A stretch of 64,000 bases of DNA from Patescibacteria group bacterium (GTDB lineage: Bacteria; Patescibacteriota; Minisyncoccia; Phycocordibacterales; DATDWN01), in contig JAZKJH010000002.1 of assembly GCA_040384485.1 (NCBI GenBank), positions 86,235 through 150,234 on the forward strand, in the 5' to 3' direction. The notes below the pieces were generated by a model. That model was not told the origin of the DNA. It saw only the letters and a program-made list of their open reading frames with translations, and did no database searches. Below, in pieces: positions 17,762 through 26,918 of the stretch (the first letter of the stretch is position 1; every line of letters begins with the position of its first letter). The position numbers and the translations under genes were made by a program.

Positions 17762-18379
17762 TTACTTTGCTGATTTACTCGGCCCTATCCTGATGGAAGT
17801 GATTTGCTTTTGAAAAAATGCCAACCTAATTACATCAAAACGTTGACCGTCTAAGAGCTTTTGCTCACGAAACCTTCCTTCCTCCACAAACCCTGCGCCT
17901 ATCAGTGCCTTTAACGAGTAAGCGTTATAAGAATATACATCACAGTATATTTTATGTAACTCAAGAGTTTGGAAGAGGTGAAGTCCAAAAAGCACAATAG
18001 CAATTGCTCCATAGCCAAACCGACGATACTGCTCGTCAATAAAAACTGTAATGAACACATGGCCATCATGTGTATTGAGGTTATAGGAAAAAATTGTTCC
18101 TATCGATTTCCCATCTCTACGACGGACGATTATGAACTGTTGATGTCTGTCCTTCTTGAAATCCTGCTGAAACTCTTTCAAAAATTGCTCTTGAGTAACC
18201 TGATTGCTCCGACTTGAACAGTAAGTCTGAAAGTCCTTACTATTTCTCCATAATCGCAACTGCTCCAAGTCCTGATCTGCAACCGGGCGCAGATACAATT
18301 TACTGTTTTCTAATAGCATGTCTGCCTCTTTTAAAAGAACTGTGTCCTTGCATAATATGACCATATATACATCAACCAT
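17762..18379 (-). CDS. GNAT-family N-acetyltransferase
   Basis: GNAT motif A region …QYRRFGYGAIAI… in a RimJ/RimL-like fold. The true start may be the internal MLLENSKLYLRPV. Confidence 0.7.
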   Translation of the reverse strand: MVDVYMVILCKDTVLLKEADMLLENSKLYLRPVADQDLEQLRLWRNSKDFQTYCSSRSNQVTQEQFLKEFQQDFKKDRHQQFIIVRRRDGKSIGTIFSYNLNTHDGHVFITVFIDEQYRRFGYGAIAIVLFGLHLFQTLELHKIYCDVYSYNAYSLKALIGAGFVEEGRFREQKLLDGQRFDVIRLAFFQKQITSIRIGPSKSAK

Positions 18380-18459
18380 GCAAGAAGTTGGGTTTTCGAT
18401 AACTCTAAACTCTAACCCACTAATAAAATTAGTGTTTCAAGTAAGCCATATTTTATATA

Positions 18460-18489
18460 TTGACAATGTGGTATTTTGTGTGCTATAAT
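18460..18489 (+). promoter_or_regulatory. consensus sigma-70 promoter TTGACA-18-TATAAT with extended -10 (TGTGcTATAAT)
   Basis: ttgacaatgtggtattttgtgtgctataat lies about 45 nt upstream of the 18531 ORF. SD GAGGTG. Confidence 0.6.
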
Positions 18490-18530
18490 TATATCCAGAT
18501 GTAGGCTATTCCGTCTACACAAAGTTTGAG

Positions 18531-19070
18531 GTGACTATGATTGTTTCTTGGCTGAAAAAGAGCCGGGAGAGAGTCCTGGCCATCGGTTGGAGACTCTTCG
18601 CGTATGAAATCTTCAACTATCTCTTTAACTACCCTCTATACATTTGGGCCATGGGCACCTTGGGTCTAGTGCAAGGTTGGTTTCTCATGACGACTCTATC
18701 CCTTCTGTCTTGTGCCTATTTGTTCTGGCGCTATGACAGGGATGGTGTTGACTGGCTGTTTGCAAATGCAGCCAAGGAATGGGAAGAGGGAGTTAATGAC
18801 GATTCTGGTCGGTTTAAGAGATTAGTTGCAAAGCTCCTCAGTTCCAAAAGAGGGCTGAAGGGTGTCGGCACTTTTATTCTTGCCAGCATTTACGTCGATG
18901 CACTGATTGTGGCAGTTCACTACCGTGAAAGCCACTTTAGTGGGATTAGGTCCCGTGACTGGTTTCTGCTTTTTTCCACCGTTGTTATCGGTAACATTTG
19001 GTGGGGGATTAGAATCGGTCTACTCGTGGAAATCCTGAAGTGGTTAGCTGAACACTTTTGGTCGCGATGA
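18531..19070 (+). CDS. hypothetical multi-TM membrane protein (GC-rich)
   Basis: 179 aa with several hydrophobic helices. Higher GC than its neighbours. Own promoter and terminator. Confidence 0.5.
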   Translation: MTMIVSWLKKSRERVLAIGWRLFAYEIFNYLFNYPLYIWAMGTLGLVQGWFLMTTLSLLSCAYLFWRYDRDGVDWLFANAAKEWEEGVNDDSGRFKRLVAKLLSSKRGLKGVGTFILASIYVDALIVAVHYRESHFSGIRSRDWFLLFSTVVIGNIWWGIRIGLLVEILKWLAEHFWSR

Positions 19071-19111
19071 TTTATAGGATTTTACGTCCTGCAAATCATC
19101 GCGTTTTTTTT
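19064..19111 (+). terminator. intrinsic terminator
   Basis: gcgatgattt…aaatcatcgc 10-bp stem followed by T8. Overlaps the stop codon. Confidence 0.7.
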
Positions 19112-19166
19112 ATATACAATTATTTGTTAAATACCACATAATTTGAATTTGTTGTATAATCTATTT

Positions 19167-19502
19167 ATGTCAAAAAGAATAATTAAAATTCTCAATATAA
19201 CCCTTATTATTTTGTTTATCGTGATGTGTGGAGTTGCAGTTGGAGCAAGCTATTATAAGTATTATTACACCAAAGACTATTATTTTTTAGTTGAGGCCAC
19301 ATGTGACCCAGAAACCCAGGTGTGTAACTTTAGAGATTGTGAGAATGAACCGGATTTGTGTCCTCCTAACGGTCTTTCTTATTATAATGAATATCAGATT
19401 AAGGCATATGATTTTCCAAAATGTTCTGACAACTCATGTAAACTCGAGTGCGAGAATCAAACAATATATTGTGAGTTAATTCCTCCTACTGAGGAAAATT
19501 AA
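19167..19502 (+). CDS. small membrane-anchored Cys-rich protein
   Basis: MSKRIIKILNITLIILFIVMCGVAV is an anchor. Eight or more Cys in the extracytoplasmic part. Start chosen at the internal ATG preceded by TATAAT. Confidence 0.45.
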   Translation: MSKRIIKILNITLIILFIVMCGVAVGASYYKYYYTKDYYFLVEATCDPETQVCNFRDCENEPDLCPPNGLSYYNEYQIKAYDFPKCSDNSCKLECENQTIYCELIPPTEEN

Positions 19503-19507
19503 GTAGC

Positions 19508-20368
19508 ATGGAATTTGATATAGATATTGATATTGAAAAAATAGTTTTAAATAGGGAAGAGTTCAATGCTTTTGTGTATACTCCTATACACGAGGCGATC
19601 GATCAGCTAAATTTGAGAAGAAAAGACAAAAAACTGGAAGAGTTGATAGATGAACTATTAACTTGTCCGGTTCCTCACCCAATTAAGCATGAGCCAAAAG
19701 CTGTGCTGTTTCGACAAATTTTTACCCCAAACTATGAGTTTCTTAGGTTTAGAGGAGTGATCGATGTTTTGGATATGGATCCAGTTTTTTGGGAATATCA
19801 TAACGATAAATTCACACCAAACAATCCCATGAAGCTTTATCTAGGAAAGATGCCAATTCATAAAGGTTTTAGTAAAAAAGGCCACGGTAAAATTGAGTTC
19901 GAAACAATAGTGGATTTTAATAAAAGTAATGGTAGAAGACTTGCTGACATAAAGACTATGTGGAACGAATCACTAATTGATTTCCATCACAAATTACTTT
20001 TTACCTTTGCTGCGAATACCGAGAAATACTTTTTTGACGCATCTGAGTGGTTTAAATCCCATAATGGTTCAGCTAAGGAATACTATAAAAATTACATCGC
20101 ATTGTTTGTTCGTCATGGAATTTTGTTTGAAAATTTTGTTCTGGAAGGAGAAGAGTTAGATTTTACTAGAAATGTGTTTTTACCAGCTTTTATCGAAGTA
20201 TATAAAAAAACAGGGAAAAAACCCTTGATTGTGGCTTTGAGTCCAACTGACATTGAGGGGGATATTTTCTGGTCATCCTATCCTCAGCATGTAAACCAGC
20301 ACATAGCAAATAAAAGAAAGGGCACATGGTACACAAAATTTTTTAATTATTTTAAAAGTTTAATATAA
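19508..20368 (+). CDS. hypothetical protein (286 aa)
   Basis: Long ORF with plausible codon usage. No recognisable motif. Confidence 0.5.
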   Translation: MEFDIDIDIEKIVLNREEFNAFVYTPIHEAIDQLNLRRKDKKLEELIDELLTCPVPHPIKHEPKAVLFRQIFTPNYEFLRFRGVIDVLDMDPVFWEYHNDKFTPNNPMKLYLGKMPIHKGFSKKGHGKIEFETIVDFNKSNGRRLADIKTMWNESLIDFHHKLLFTFAANTEKYFFDASEWFKSHNGSAKEYYKNYIALFVRHGILFENFVLEGEELDFTRNVFLPAFIEVYKKTGKKPLIVALSPTDIEGDIFWSSYPQHVNQHIANKRKGTWYTKFFNYFKSLI

Positions 20369-20370
20369 AA

Positions 20371-20943
20371 CTATTGCTCTGGTTCCTCTTTTATTTTTTT
20401 AATTTTTTCTTCAAGATACCACTGAAAATATCCCTCGTATCTAGTTTGTAATTCAGGTATCTTCCAGTCTTCAGTCGTAACCTTTCCACGACAATCTGGT
20501 GAGCCACAGAGGCAGTCAAACTGGTAAGGCCTATCTTTCATTTCACTTAAAACCATAGCATAGTCAAAAGTCATACTTTCACCTTCCTCTATGTCACGCA
20601 TTGTGTATAAAAATATTTGACCTTTAAAACCCACGTTAGGGTTGCAGCTATGGTTATAAAAATCTGCGTCTTCAATTTCATCTTTTCCCCAAATTCCCAT
20701 TACAAAGTCAGGATGGATCATGTGTCCATAGTCGTTTAGTGGCTCCGGCAGTTTCTCCTCTTCTTGTGTTGTCATTATGTATCCACCAAAAATAGTGACC
20801 AGAGTTCCTTTTTTTATTGGCTTTTTTGCAAATAACCCTTTGTTAATGCCTGGAGATTCTCTCGCTTCTATGTCATCGTGTACCCATGAAAAGTTGTGTT
20901 TGTTCATATGTAAACAATAACAATTAACTTGTATTGCCGTCAA
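20371..20943 (-). CDS. SET-domain protein-lysine N-methyltransferase
   Basis: SET signatures …GYIMT…, NHSCNPN, FDY, and a post-SET Cys cluster CLCGSPDCRG. Confidence 0.8.
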   Translation of the reverse strand: MTAIQVNCYCLHMNKHNFSWVHDDIEARESPGINKGLFAKKPIKKGTLVTIFGGYIMTTQEEEKLPEPLNDYGHMIHPDFVMGIWGKDEIEDADFYNHSCNPNVGFKGQIFLYTMRDIEEGESMTFDYAMVLSEMKDRPYQFDCLCGSPDCRGKVTTEDWKIPELQTRYEGYFQWYLEEKIKKIKEEPEQ

Positions 20944-20992
20944 ACCACGTGTATTATATTTATAAACTAAATTTAGTCACACAATCAATATT

Positions 20993-22597
20993 ATGGACAT
21001 TAATACTTGTTTTACAACTACTCAGGATTATCACACAATAGTTTATTACACTCATTTAATTCCTATATTCATTACTCTTATAATAATTATTTTTGCTCTT
21101 ATAAAGTCGAAGTTTTCTTTCTTATCTAGGATTTTTGGAGGTTTTGCAGGAGCATTCTGTTTGTGGCTTGTCGGTAGCCTGGTTACATGGACTTCTCCGG
21201 ATTATAACTTAGTTAATTTATTCTGGGCCCCTCTAGACTATATAAGTGTGGTTTTTCATCTACTTGGGGCATACTTTTTTGCTGTACTAGTCAAGGAGAA
21301 AGACTTGTCAGTCGGTTACAAACTTTTATTCATTGCCATATCTATACCAGCATGGTGGATTACTGTCACGAGTAATTCAATAACATCATTTTATCAGCCT
21401 GTGTGCGAGGCATACAATAATGACTTTCTAACAAACTACAAATTATATGTTGAAGCTTTTGCTTTGGCTTTTATACTTTTTATATCCATTTTTAACTTCA
21501 GATCATTTGGGTGGAATAAGAAAAAACAGATTATTACAGTTGCTTCAGCCCTGATCCTATTTTTTACATTGTTCTCTCTTTCAGATTATATTTCTAGTCA
21601 AAACGGGATATATGAAATAAATCTTTACAGTTTATTCATACTCCCTATCTTTTTGTTCATGATTATATACTCGATGACAAATCTTCAAGTTTTTAATCTA
21701 AGGTTGATGGGTAGTCAACTTCTCGCATATGTTATGGTTATTATGGTTGGATCTCAATTTTTCTTTTTGCAGAACGCAACAAGTCAGGCCTTGACCCTTG
21801 TTACTTTTGTTCTGTCACTATCCTTCGGGGTTCTTCTTGCAAGAAACGCCAAAACGGAGGAGAAGCAGAGGTTAAAAATAGAAAAACTAGCTGAAGAACT
21901 CCAGGTTGCAAACCAGGGACAGTCTAGTTTGATCCACTTTATGAACCATCAGATTAAAGGGCGATTTGGAAATATCAAAAATATTTTTGCTGAGCTGAAC
22001 AGTGAGGACTATGGAGTTATGCCAGCAAACACAATACCGTTATTGAAAAAAGGTTTAGATGAGGCAAACATCGGTGTGAACTATGTTCAAGGCATTTTGA
22101 ACGGAGCTAGTGCAGAGAAAGGGACTATTTCGTATAACATGGCTCCAATAGATTTCAAATCTATTGTTGAAAATGCTCACAACAAACAACAAGAACATGC
22201 AGACAAAAAAGGTTTGAAGTTTGAGTTGGAAGTAAAAGAGGGAGACTACACTGTAAACGGGGACACACTTCAACTGGGAGAGACAGTTAGAAACCTGTTT
22301 GATAACTCTATAAACTACACCCCAGATGGTTCAGTTAACGCTGTCTTGGAAAGTATTGGTAATAAAATTAGACTCTCTATAAAAGACACAGGGGTTGGTT
22401 TAACAGATGACGACAAATCTAAATTATTCAAAGCTGGAGGACGTGGAGCGGATTCCTTGAAGATCAATGTAAATGCTACGGGATACGGTTTGGTATTCGT
22501 AAAAGGTGTTATAGAAGCCCATAAAGGCAGAGTATGGGCTGAGTCTGAAGGAAGAGGAAAAGGATCAGTGTTTTACCTCGAGATACCAAAAAACTAA
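20993..22597 (+). CDS. sensor histidine kinase (multi-TM N-terminal domain)
   Basis: About seven N-terminal TM helices. H-box FMNHQIKGRF. HATPase_c N/G-boxes …NLFDNSINYT…DTGVGL…GYGLVFVKG. No adjacent response regulator. Confidence 0.8.
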   Translation: MDINTCFTTTQDYHTIVYYTHLIPIFITLIIIIFALIKSKFSFLSRIFGGFAGAFCLWLVGSLVTWTSPDYNLVNLFWAPLDYISVVFHLLGAYFFAVLVKEKDLSVGYKLLFIAISIPAWWITVTSNSITSFYQPVCEAYNNDFLTNYKLYVEAFALAFILFISIFNFRSFGWNKKKQIITVASALILFFTLFSLSDYISSQNGIYEINLYSLFILPIFLFMIIYSMTNLQVFNLRLMGSQLLAYVMVIMVGSQFFFLQNATSQALTLVTFVLSLSFGVLLARNAKTEEKQRLKIEKLAEELQVANQGQSSLIHFMNHQIKGRFGNIKNIFAELNSEDYGVMPANTIPLLKKGLDEANIGVNYVQGILNGASAEKGTISYNMAPIDFKSIVENAHNKQQEHADKKGLKFELEVKEGDYTVNGDTLQLGETVRNLFDNSINYTPDGSVNAVLESIGNKIRLSIKDTGVGLTDDDKSKLFKAGGRGADSLKINVNATGYGLVFVKGVIEAHKGRVWAESEGRGKGSVFYLEIPKN

Positions 22598-22601
22598 TTT
22601 A

Positions 22602-23099
22602 ATGGAAATAAAATCCCAGTACGAATATCATGGCAGACTATGGAATTCACATTATGTCGAAGGAGATCCAAATATTAATCTGAACGGTATAAAACTTAAT
22701 GGCGTACATTGTATTTGTTTTTATGGAGACAAAATAGTAATAGTTTATGAAAAAAAGAAGAGTATGTGGTCTCCTCCTGGAGGAGCTATTGAACCCGGAG
22801 AAACATATGAAGAAGCATCCATCCGTGAAGTGATGGAGGAGTCAAATATGAAAGTTCTGTATCAAGAGACAATAGGCTACCAAGATGTAAATCGAGTTGA
22901 TGATAACCTCACCTATAGACAGGCCAGAATGTTTTGTATTGTTGAACCATATTCTGATTTTGTTGTAGATCCGGATGGCGATATAACCGAGATAAAACTC
23001 ATAGACTCAAAAGATTACAAACAGTATTTTGACTGGGGAGAATCAGGCGATAGGATCCTAGAAAGAGCCCTGGAAATAAAAGCTAGTTTAAAAATTTAA
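22602..23099 (+). CDS. NUDIX hydrolase
   Basis: Nudix box GGAIEPGETYEEASIREVMEESNM. Confidence 0.8.
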   Translation: MEIKSQYEYHGRLWNSHYVEGDPNINLNGIKLNGVHCICFYGDKIVIVYEKKKSMWSPPGGAIEPGETYEEASIREVMEESNMKVLYQETIGYQDVNRVDDNLTYRQARMFCIVEPYSDFVVDPDGDITEIKLIDSKDYKQYFDWGESGDRILERALEIKASLKI

Positions 23100-23783
23100 A
23101 TGGCTCAGGAACAAATTTGGGATAAAGAATATAGAAACTCGAAACTTCTAACAAAAGATAATAAACCTCAGTCTGATGTGGTGAGATTTGTTAAATTCCT
23201 TAGGAAGGATGAAAAGTTTGAGATTGAGGGTAAAAAAGTTTTGGACCTTGGATCTGGTGCGGGAAGAAACAGTTTTTATTTTGCTGAACTCGGCGCAATT
23301 GTCACAGGAATTGAAATTTCAAAAACTGCAGTTGAGATAAGTAAAAAAAACATTTCCAACACAAATTTGAGTATAAAATACATCAAACAGAGTATTGGAG
23401 AAATTTTCCCAGTTCAAGATAGTAGTATAGATATTGTATTAGATATAACCTCATCAAATTCATTAAATGAGGAGGAGAGAGAGGTATATCTAAATGAAGT
23501 AAAAAGAGCTTTGAATAGCGAAGGGTATTTTTTTGTAAAAGCTTTGTGTAAGGATGGAGATGAGAACGCAAAGTTTCTTTTGAAAAATCATCCAGGAAAA
23601 GAAAAAGATACTTACATTATGCCAGAGCTGGGAGTAACTGAACGTGTATGGTCCAAAGAAGATTTTGAGGATTACTACGGAAAGTACTTCAACATTATTC
23701 ACATGGAAAAGAAAACTACCTATAGCCGAATGAATAATAGGGTTTACAAGCGAAACTTTTGGATTGTTTATATGAAAGGGTAA
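23100..23783 (+). CDS. class I SAM-dependent methyltransferase
   Basis: Motif I VLDLGSGAGRNSFYFAELGA, motif II/post-I …IDIVLD. Confidence 0.8.
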   Translation: MAQEQIWDKEYRNSKLLTKDNKPQSDVVRFVKFLRKDEKFEIEGKKVLDLGSGAGRNSFYFAELGAIVTGIEISKTAVEISKKNISNTNLSIKYIKQSIGEIFPVQDSSIDIVLDITSSNSLNEEEREVYLNEVKRALNSEGYFFVKALCKDGDENAKFLLKNHPGKEKDTYIMPELGVTERVWSKEDFEDYYGKYFNIIHMEKKTTYSRMNNRVYKRNFWIVYMKG

Positions 23784-23833
23784 TAATTTCGTGACCTTGC
23801 ATTGACATTAAACTGGTGTATCATTCATAACAA

Positions 23834-25318
23834 ATGAAAATAAAAATTGGGCCAAATATTAAATTAAAAATAGAGGATGTAGTCAATGTGGCAAAGCAAG
23901 GTTTTTTGGTTGAGTTTGATAAGAATACAAAGCAGGTGGTGGACAAATCTAGGAGTCATGTGGAGAAAATAATCAAAGCACATCATGCCGTATACGGCAT
24001 TAACACTGGTTTTGGGAGTTTGAAAAGCATTAAAATTTCAGACGAGGAGCTAGACCAGTTACAGGTAAATCTTATAAGGAGTCATTCTTGCGGTGTAGGG
24101 ACTCCTTTTTCTTTAGAAGAAGTTAGGGCGATGATGTTGATCAGATTGAATAGTCTTATAAAAGGTTACTCAGGTGTTAGGTTTGAACTCGTAGATTTGG
24201 TGAGAAATATGTTGAATAAAGATATCGTGCCTTATGTTCCATCACAAGGTTCAGTTGGAGCTTCTGGTGACCTGGCACCGTTGTGTCATATGGGGCTCTC
24301 ACTTATTGGTGAAGGTAAGGCGTATTACAAAGGCAAACTTATGGATAGCGGTGAGGCTCTTAAATTGGCAAAATTAAAACCTATTGAGTTCAAAGCAAAA
24401 GAAGGTCTTGCTTGGAGCAACGGAACCTCTGTCATGACTGGTCTTTCTGCTTTAACTATCGCAGAAGCAAAAAACATAGAGAAATGGGCTGATATTTCTT
24501 GCGCACTTTCTTTTGAGGCTCTACGGGGTTGCGCTAATGCACTCGACAGAAGGATTCATTTGGTGAGGGGACAAGTTGGACAAATCGAAGTGGCTAAAAA
24601 CCTACAAGATCTACTTCATGGTTCCAAACTGGTTAACTCTGAACCAGAGAGGATCCAGGATTCCTACACGCTGAGATGTTCACCGCAGGTTCATGGTGCT
24701 TGTAGAGATGTATTGAGGTATGTAAAAAACGTTATCGATATTGAAATAAATGCAGTAACCGATAATCCACTTGTTTTTGGTTCCAACCAAATTATTTCTG
24801 GGGGAAATTTTCACGGAGAACCAGTTGCTATAGCTATGGATTCACTAGCTATAGGTATATCAGAGTTCGGCAGCATTTCAGAAAGAAGAACAGCAAAACT
24901 TGTTGACCCTGCAACTAACCATGGACTACCAGCATTTTTAGTAGATGAGAAGTCTGCTGGAACACGAAGTGGTCTTATGATACCTCAGTATGCAGCCGCT
25001 GCATTGGTTTCTGAGAACAAAGTTTTATCTCACCCAGCTTCTGTAGACTCTATTCCAACATCTGCAAACCAAGAAGACCATGTAAGTATGGGAACTATAT
25101 CTGCAAGGAAAATTAGGAGTATCTGTCAAAATACAAAAAATGTTTTAGCTATAGAAATATTAAACTCTTGTCAGGCTATAGGATTTCTAGATGACAAAAA
25201 AATGTCTCCAAAGACTAGGGAAATATATAAAAAAGTTAGAAAGGTGGTGCCGTTTGCTTCTGAGGATAGGATTTTCTCGTATGACATCGAAGCAATAAGC
25301 CAAAAAATTATTGTATAA
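23834..25318 (+). CDS. hutH: histidine ammonia-lyase family (MIO-dependent aromatic amino-acid ammonia-lyase)
   Basis: GSVGASGDLAPL (ASG triad that forms the MIO cofactor). About 494 aa with full-length lyase architecture. Confidence 0.85.
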   Translation: MKIKIGPNIKLKIEDVVNVAKQGFLVEFDKNTKQVVDKSRSHVEKIIKAHHAVYGINTGFGSLKSIKISDEELDQLQVNLIRSHSCGVGTPFSLEEVRAMMLIRLNSLIKGYSGVRFELVDLVRNMLNKDIVPYVPSQGSVGASGDLAPLCHMGLSLIGEGKAYYKGKLMDSGEALKLAKLKPIEFKAKEGLAWSNGTSVMTGLSALTIAEAKNIEKWADISCALSFEALRGCANALDRRIHLVRGQVGQIEVAKNLQDLLHGSKLVNSEPERIQDSYTLRCSPQVHGACRDVLRYVKNVIDIEINAVTDNPLVFGSNQIISGGNFHGEPVAIAMDSLAIGISEFGSISERRTAKLVDPATNHGLPAFLVDEKSAGTRSGLMIPQYAAAALVSENKVLSHPASVDSIPTSANQEDHVSMGTISARKIRSICQNTKNVLAIEILNSCQAIGFLDDKKMSPKTREIYKKVRKVVPFASEDRIFSYDIEAISQKIIV

Positions 25319-25320
25319 AA

Positions 25321-25355
25321 AAAAGCCTGTCCTCGTTGGAGGGCAGGCGGTAGAA
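25321..25355 (-). terminator. intrinsic terminator downstream of tRNA-His (minus strand)
   Basis: gcctgtcctc-gttg-gagggcaggc hairpin followed on the minus strand by T8. Confidence 0.6.
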
Positions 25356-25377
25356 CAGTTTTCCCAAAAGAGGGAAA

Positions 25378-25451
25378 AGGGCCCAACGGGATTCGAACCC
25401 GTGACCGCTGGTTTCACAGACCAGTGCTCTAGCCAACTGAGCTATGGGCCC
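25378..25451 (-). tRNA. tRNA-His (anticodon GUG)
   Basis: Hand-folded cloverleaf GGGCCCA-TA-GCTC-AGTTGGCTA-GAGC-A-CTGGT-CTGTGAA-ACCAG-CGGTC-ACGGG-TTCGAAT-CCCGT-TGGGCCC-T. Anticodon loop C-U-GUG-A-A. CCA is not encoded. Position -1 is U (no encoded G-1) and the discriminator is U. Confidence 0.9.
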
Positions 25452-25495
25452 ACAGTTGGTGTCTTCCTAGAGAGTACCAGAGTTAGCTCCGGCTG

Positions 25496-26827
25496 TCAAA
25501 GGAAGCCTCTAACGGTCTCAACCACCTTAGAAACAGGGACTTCAATTTGCGTCCTGCTTTTTAGGTCCTTGACTTGGACTGTGTTTTTGACTTTCTCGTT
25601 TCCACCAGAGATCACTACCACCGGAATGCCTTGCTTCAGTGCATAGGTGAGTTGGCCTTTGATAGCCTGCTCTCTTCCGAGATATAGCTCTGTGTTGAAA
25701 CCGCTTTGTCGCAAGGCATTGGCCACCTGCGAATTGTAGATTTCAGCATCTGGGTCAAAGTTCAGAACAATGACTTCCGTTTGGGTTTTTCTCTCAGGCA
25801 ACAGTTTGAGCTGACTGAGAGCTACGAAGAGTCGATCAACTCCGACTGAGGCACCAGTGGCTGGAATTCTATCTCCACCAAGGTTCTCAACCAGATTGTC
25901 GTATCTTCCTCCGGAAAAAACACTTCCGATGGAGAGCAAATCTGGTAGAACAGTCTCGAAGACAATTCCAGTGTAGTATCCTAGACCTCTAGCGACTGAC
26001 AAATCAATCGACCAGAAGTCACGCGGTACTCCTAGGGCATCCACCAGAGAGACAAGCTGTTTCAACTCCTGTATTCCTTCGAACGCTTCAGGAGAATCAA
26101 CCATCAACTCCTCAATTTGAGTCAGCGTATTTAGCTGGTTGTCAGTTTGTGAATCGATAAAAGTTTTCAGCCGGCCGATTTGGTCTTCTGTCAGACCAAC
26201 AGTGTCAACAAGTTCCTTCCTAACACCAGCCCAGTCAAGTTTGTCCAACTTGTCCAGGGACCTCATCACGTTTTCACTCTTCAAGGGGTCATAACCAGCA
26301 AAGCTGGAAAGTCCGTTGAGGATTTTTCTGTTGTTGACTCTGATTAGGAACCGACCGACACCCAATGCTTTCATTGTTTCGTAAATCACTGAAACAATTT
26401 CAGCATCTGAAGTTAATCGGCTAGACCCGACAATGTCAGCATCAAACTGCATGAACTCGCAGAACCTTCCTGCTTGAGCCTTCTCTCCACGCCAGACTTT
26501 ACCCATTTGATACCGTTTGAACGGTTTTTGGATATCACCTGGATACAGAGAAACAACTCGAGCCAAGGGGACCGTGAGGTCGAACCTTAAGGCCAAGCCA
26601 TAGGGCCTGTCCTTGGTGTAGGAACGAAAAATTTGTTTCTTTGAATCAGGATCCCCACCAGTCAAAACTTCTTCTCTTTCGATACCTGAAGTATCAAGTG
26701 GCTGAAATCCAAATTTCTCAAATACTCCTCGGATTGTGTCGAGCATCCATTGTCGCGGGATCATATCCGCAGGCAAGTAGTCTCGAAAACCTGAGGCAAC
26801 GCTGATGTCTATCTCTTTCTTTGACAT
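25496..26827 (-). CDS. hisS: histidyl-tRNA synthetase
   Basis: Class II motifs …RFDLTVPLARV…, GGRYDNL, and an anticodon-binding C-terminal domain. Start chosen at MSKKEID. Confidence 0.9.
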   Translation of the reverse strand: MSKKEIDISVASGFRDYLPADMIPRQWMLDTIRGVFEKFGFQPLDTSGIEREEVLTGGDPDSKKQIFRSYTKDRPYGLALRFDLTVPLARVVSLYPGDIQKPFKRYQMGKVWRGEKAQAGRFCEFMQFDADIVGSSRLTSDAEIVSVIYETMKALGVGRFLIRVNNRKILNGLSSFAGYDPLKSENVMRSLDKLDKLDWAGVRKELVDTVGLTEDQIGRLKTFIDSQTDNQLNTLTQIEELMVDSPEAFEGIQELKQLVSLVDALGVPRDFWSIDLSVARGLGYYTGIVFETVLPDLLSIGSVFSGGRYDNLVENLGGDRIPATGASVGVDRLFVALSQLKLLPERKTQTEVIVLNFDPDAEIYNSQVANALRQSGFNTELYLGREQAIKGQLTYALKQGIPVVVISGGNEKVKNTVQVKDLKSRTQIEVPVSKVVETVRGFL

Positions 26828-26918
26828 AACACACTCCATTCAATGAGCTTCTAAACTAAAAACTACCATTATTGTCTATGGTTGTAAATATCACCTAAAA
26901 ATTGCTACCATATAGTAT

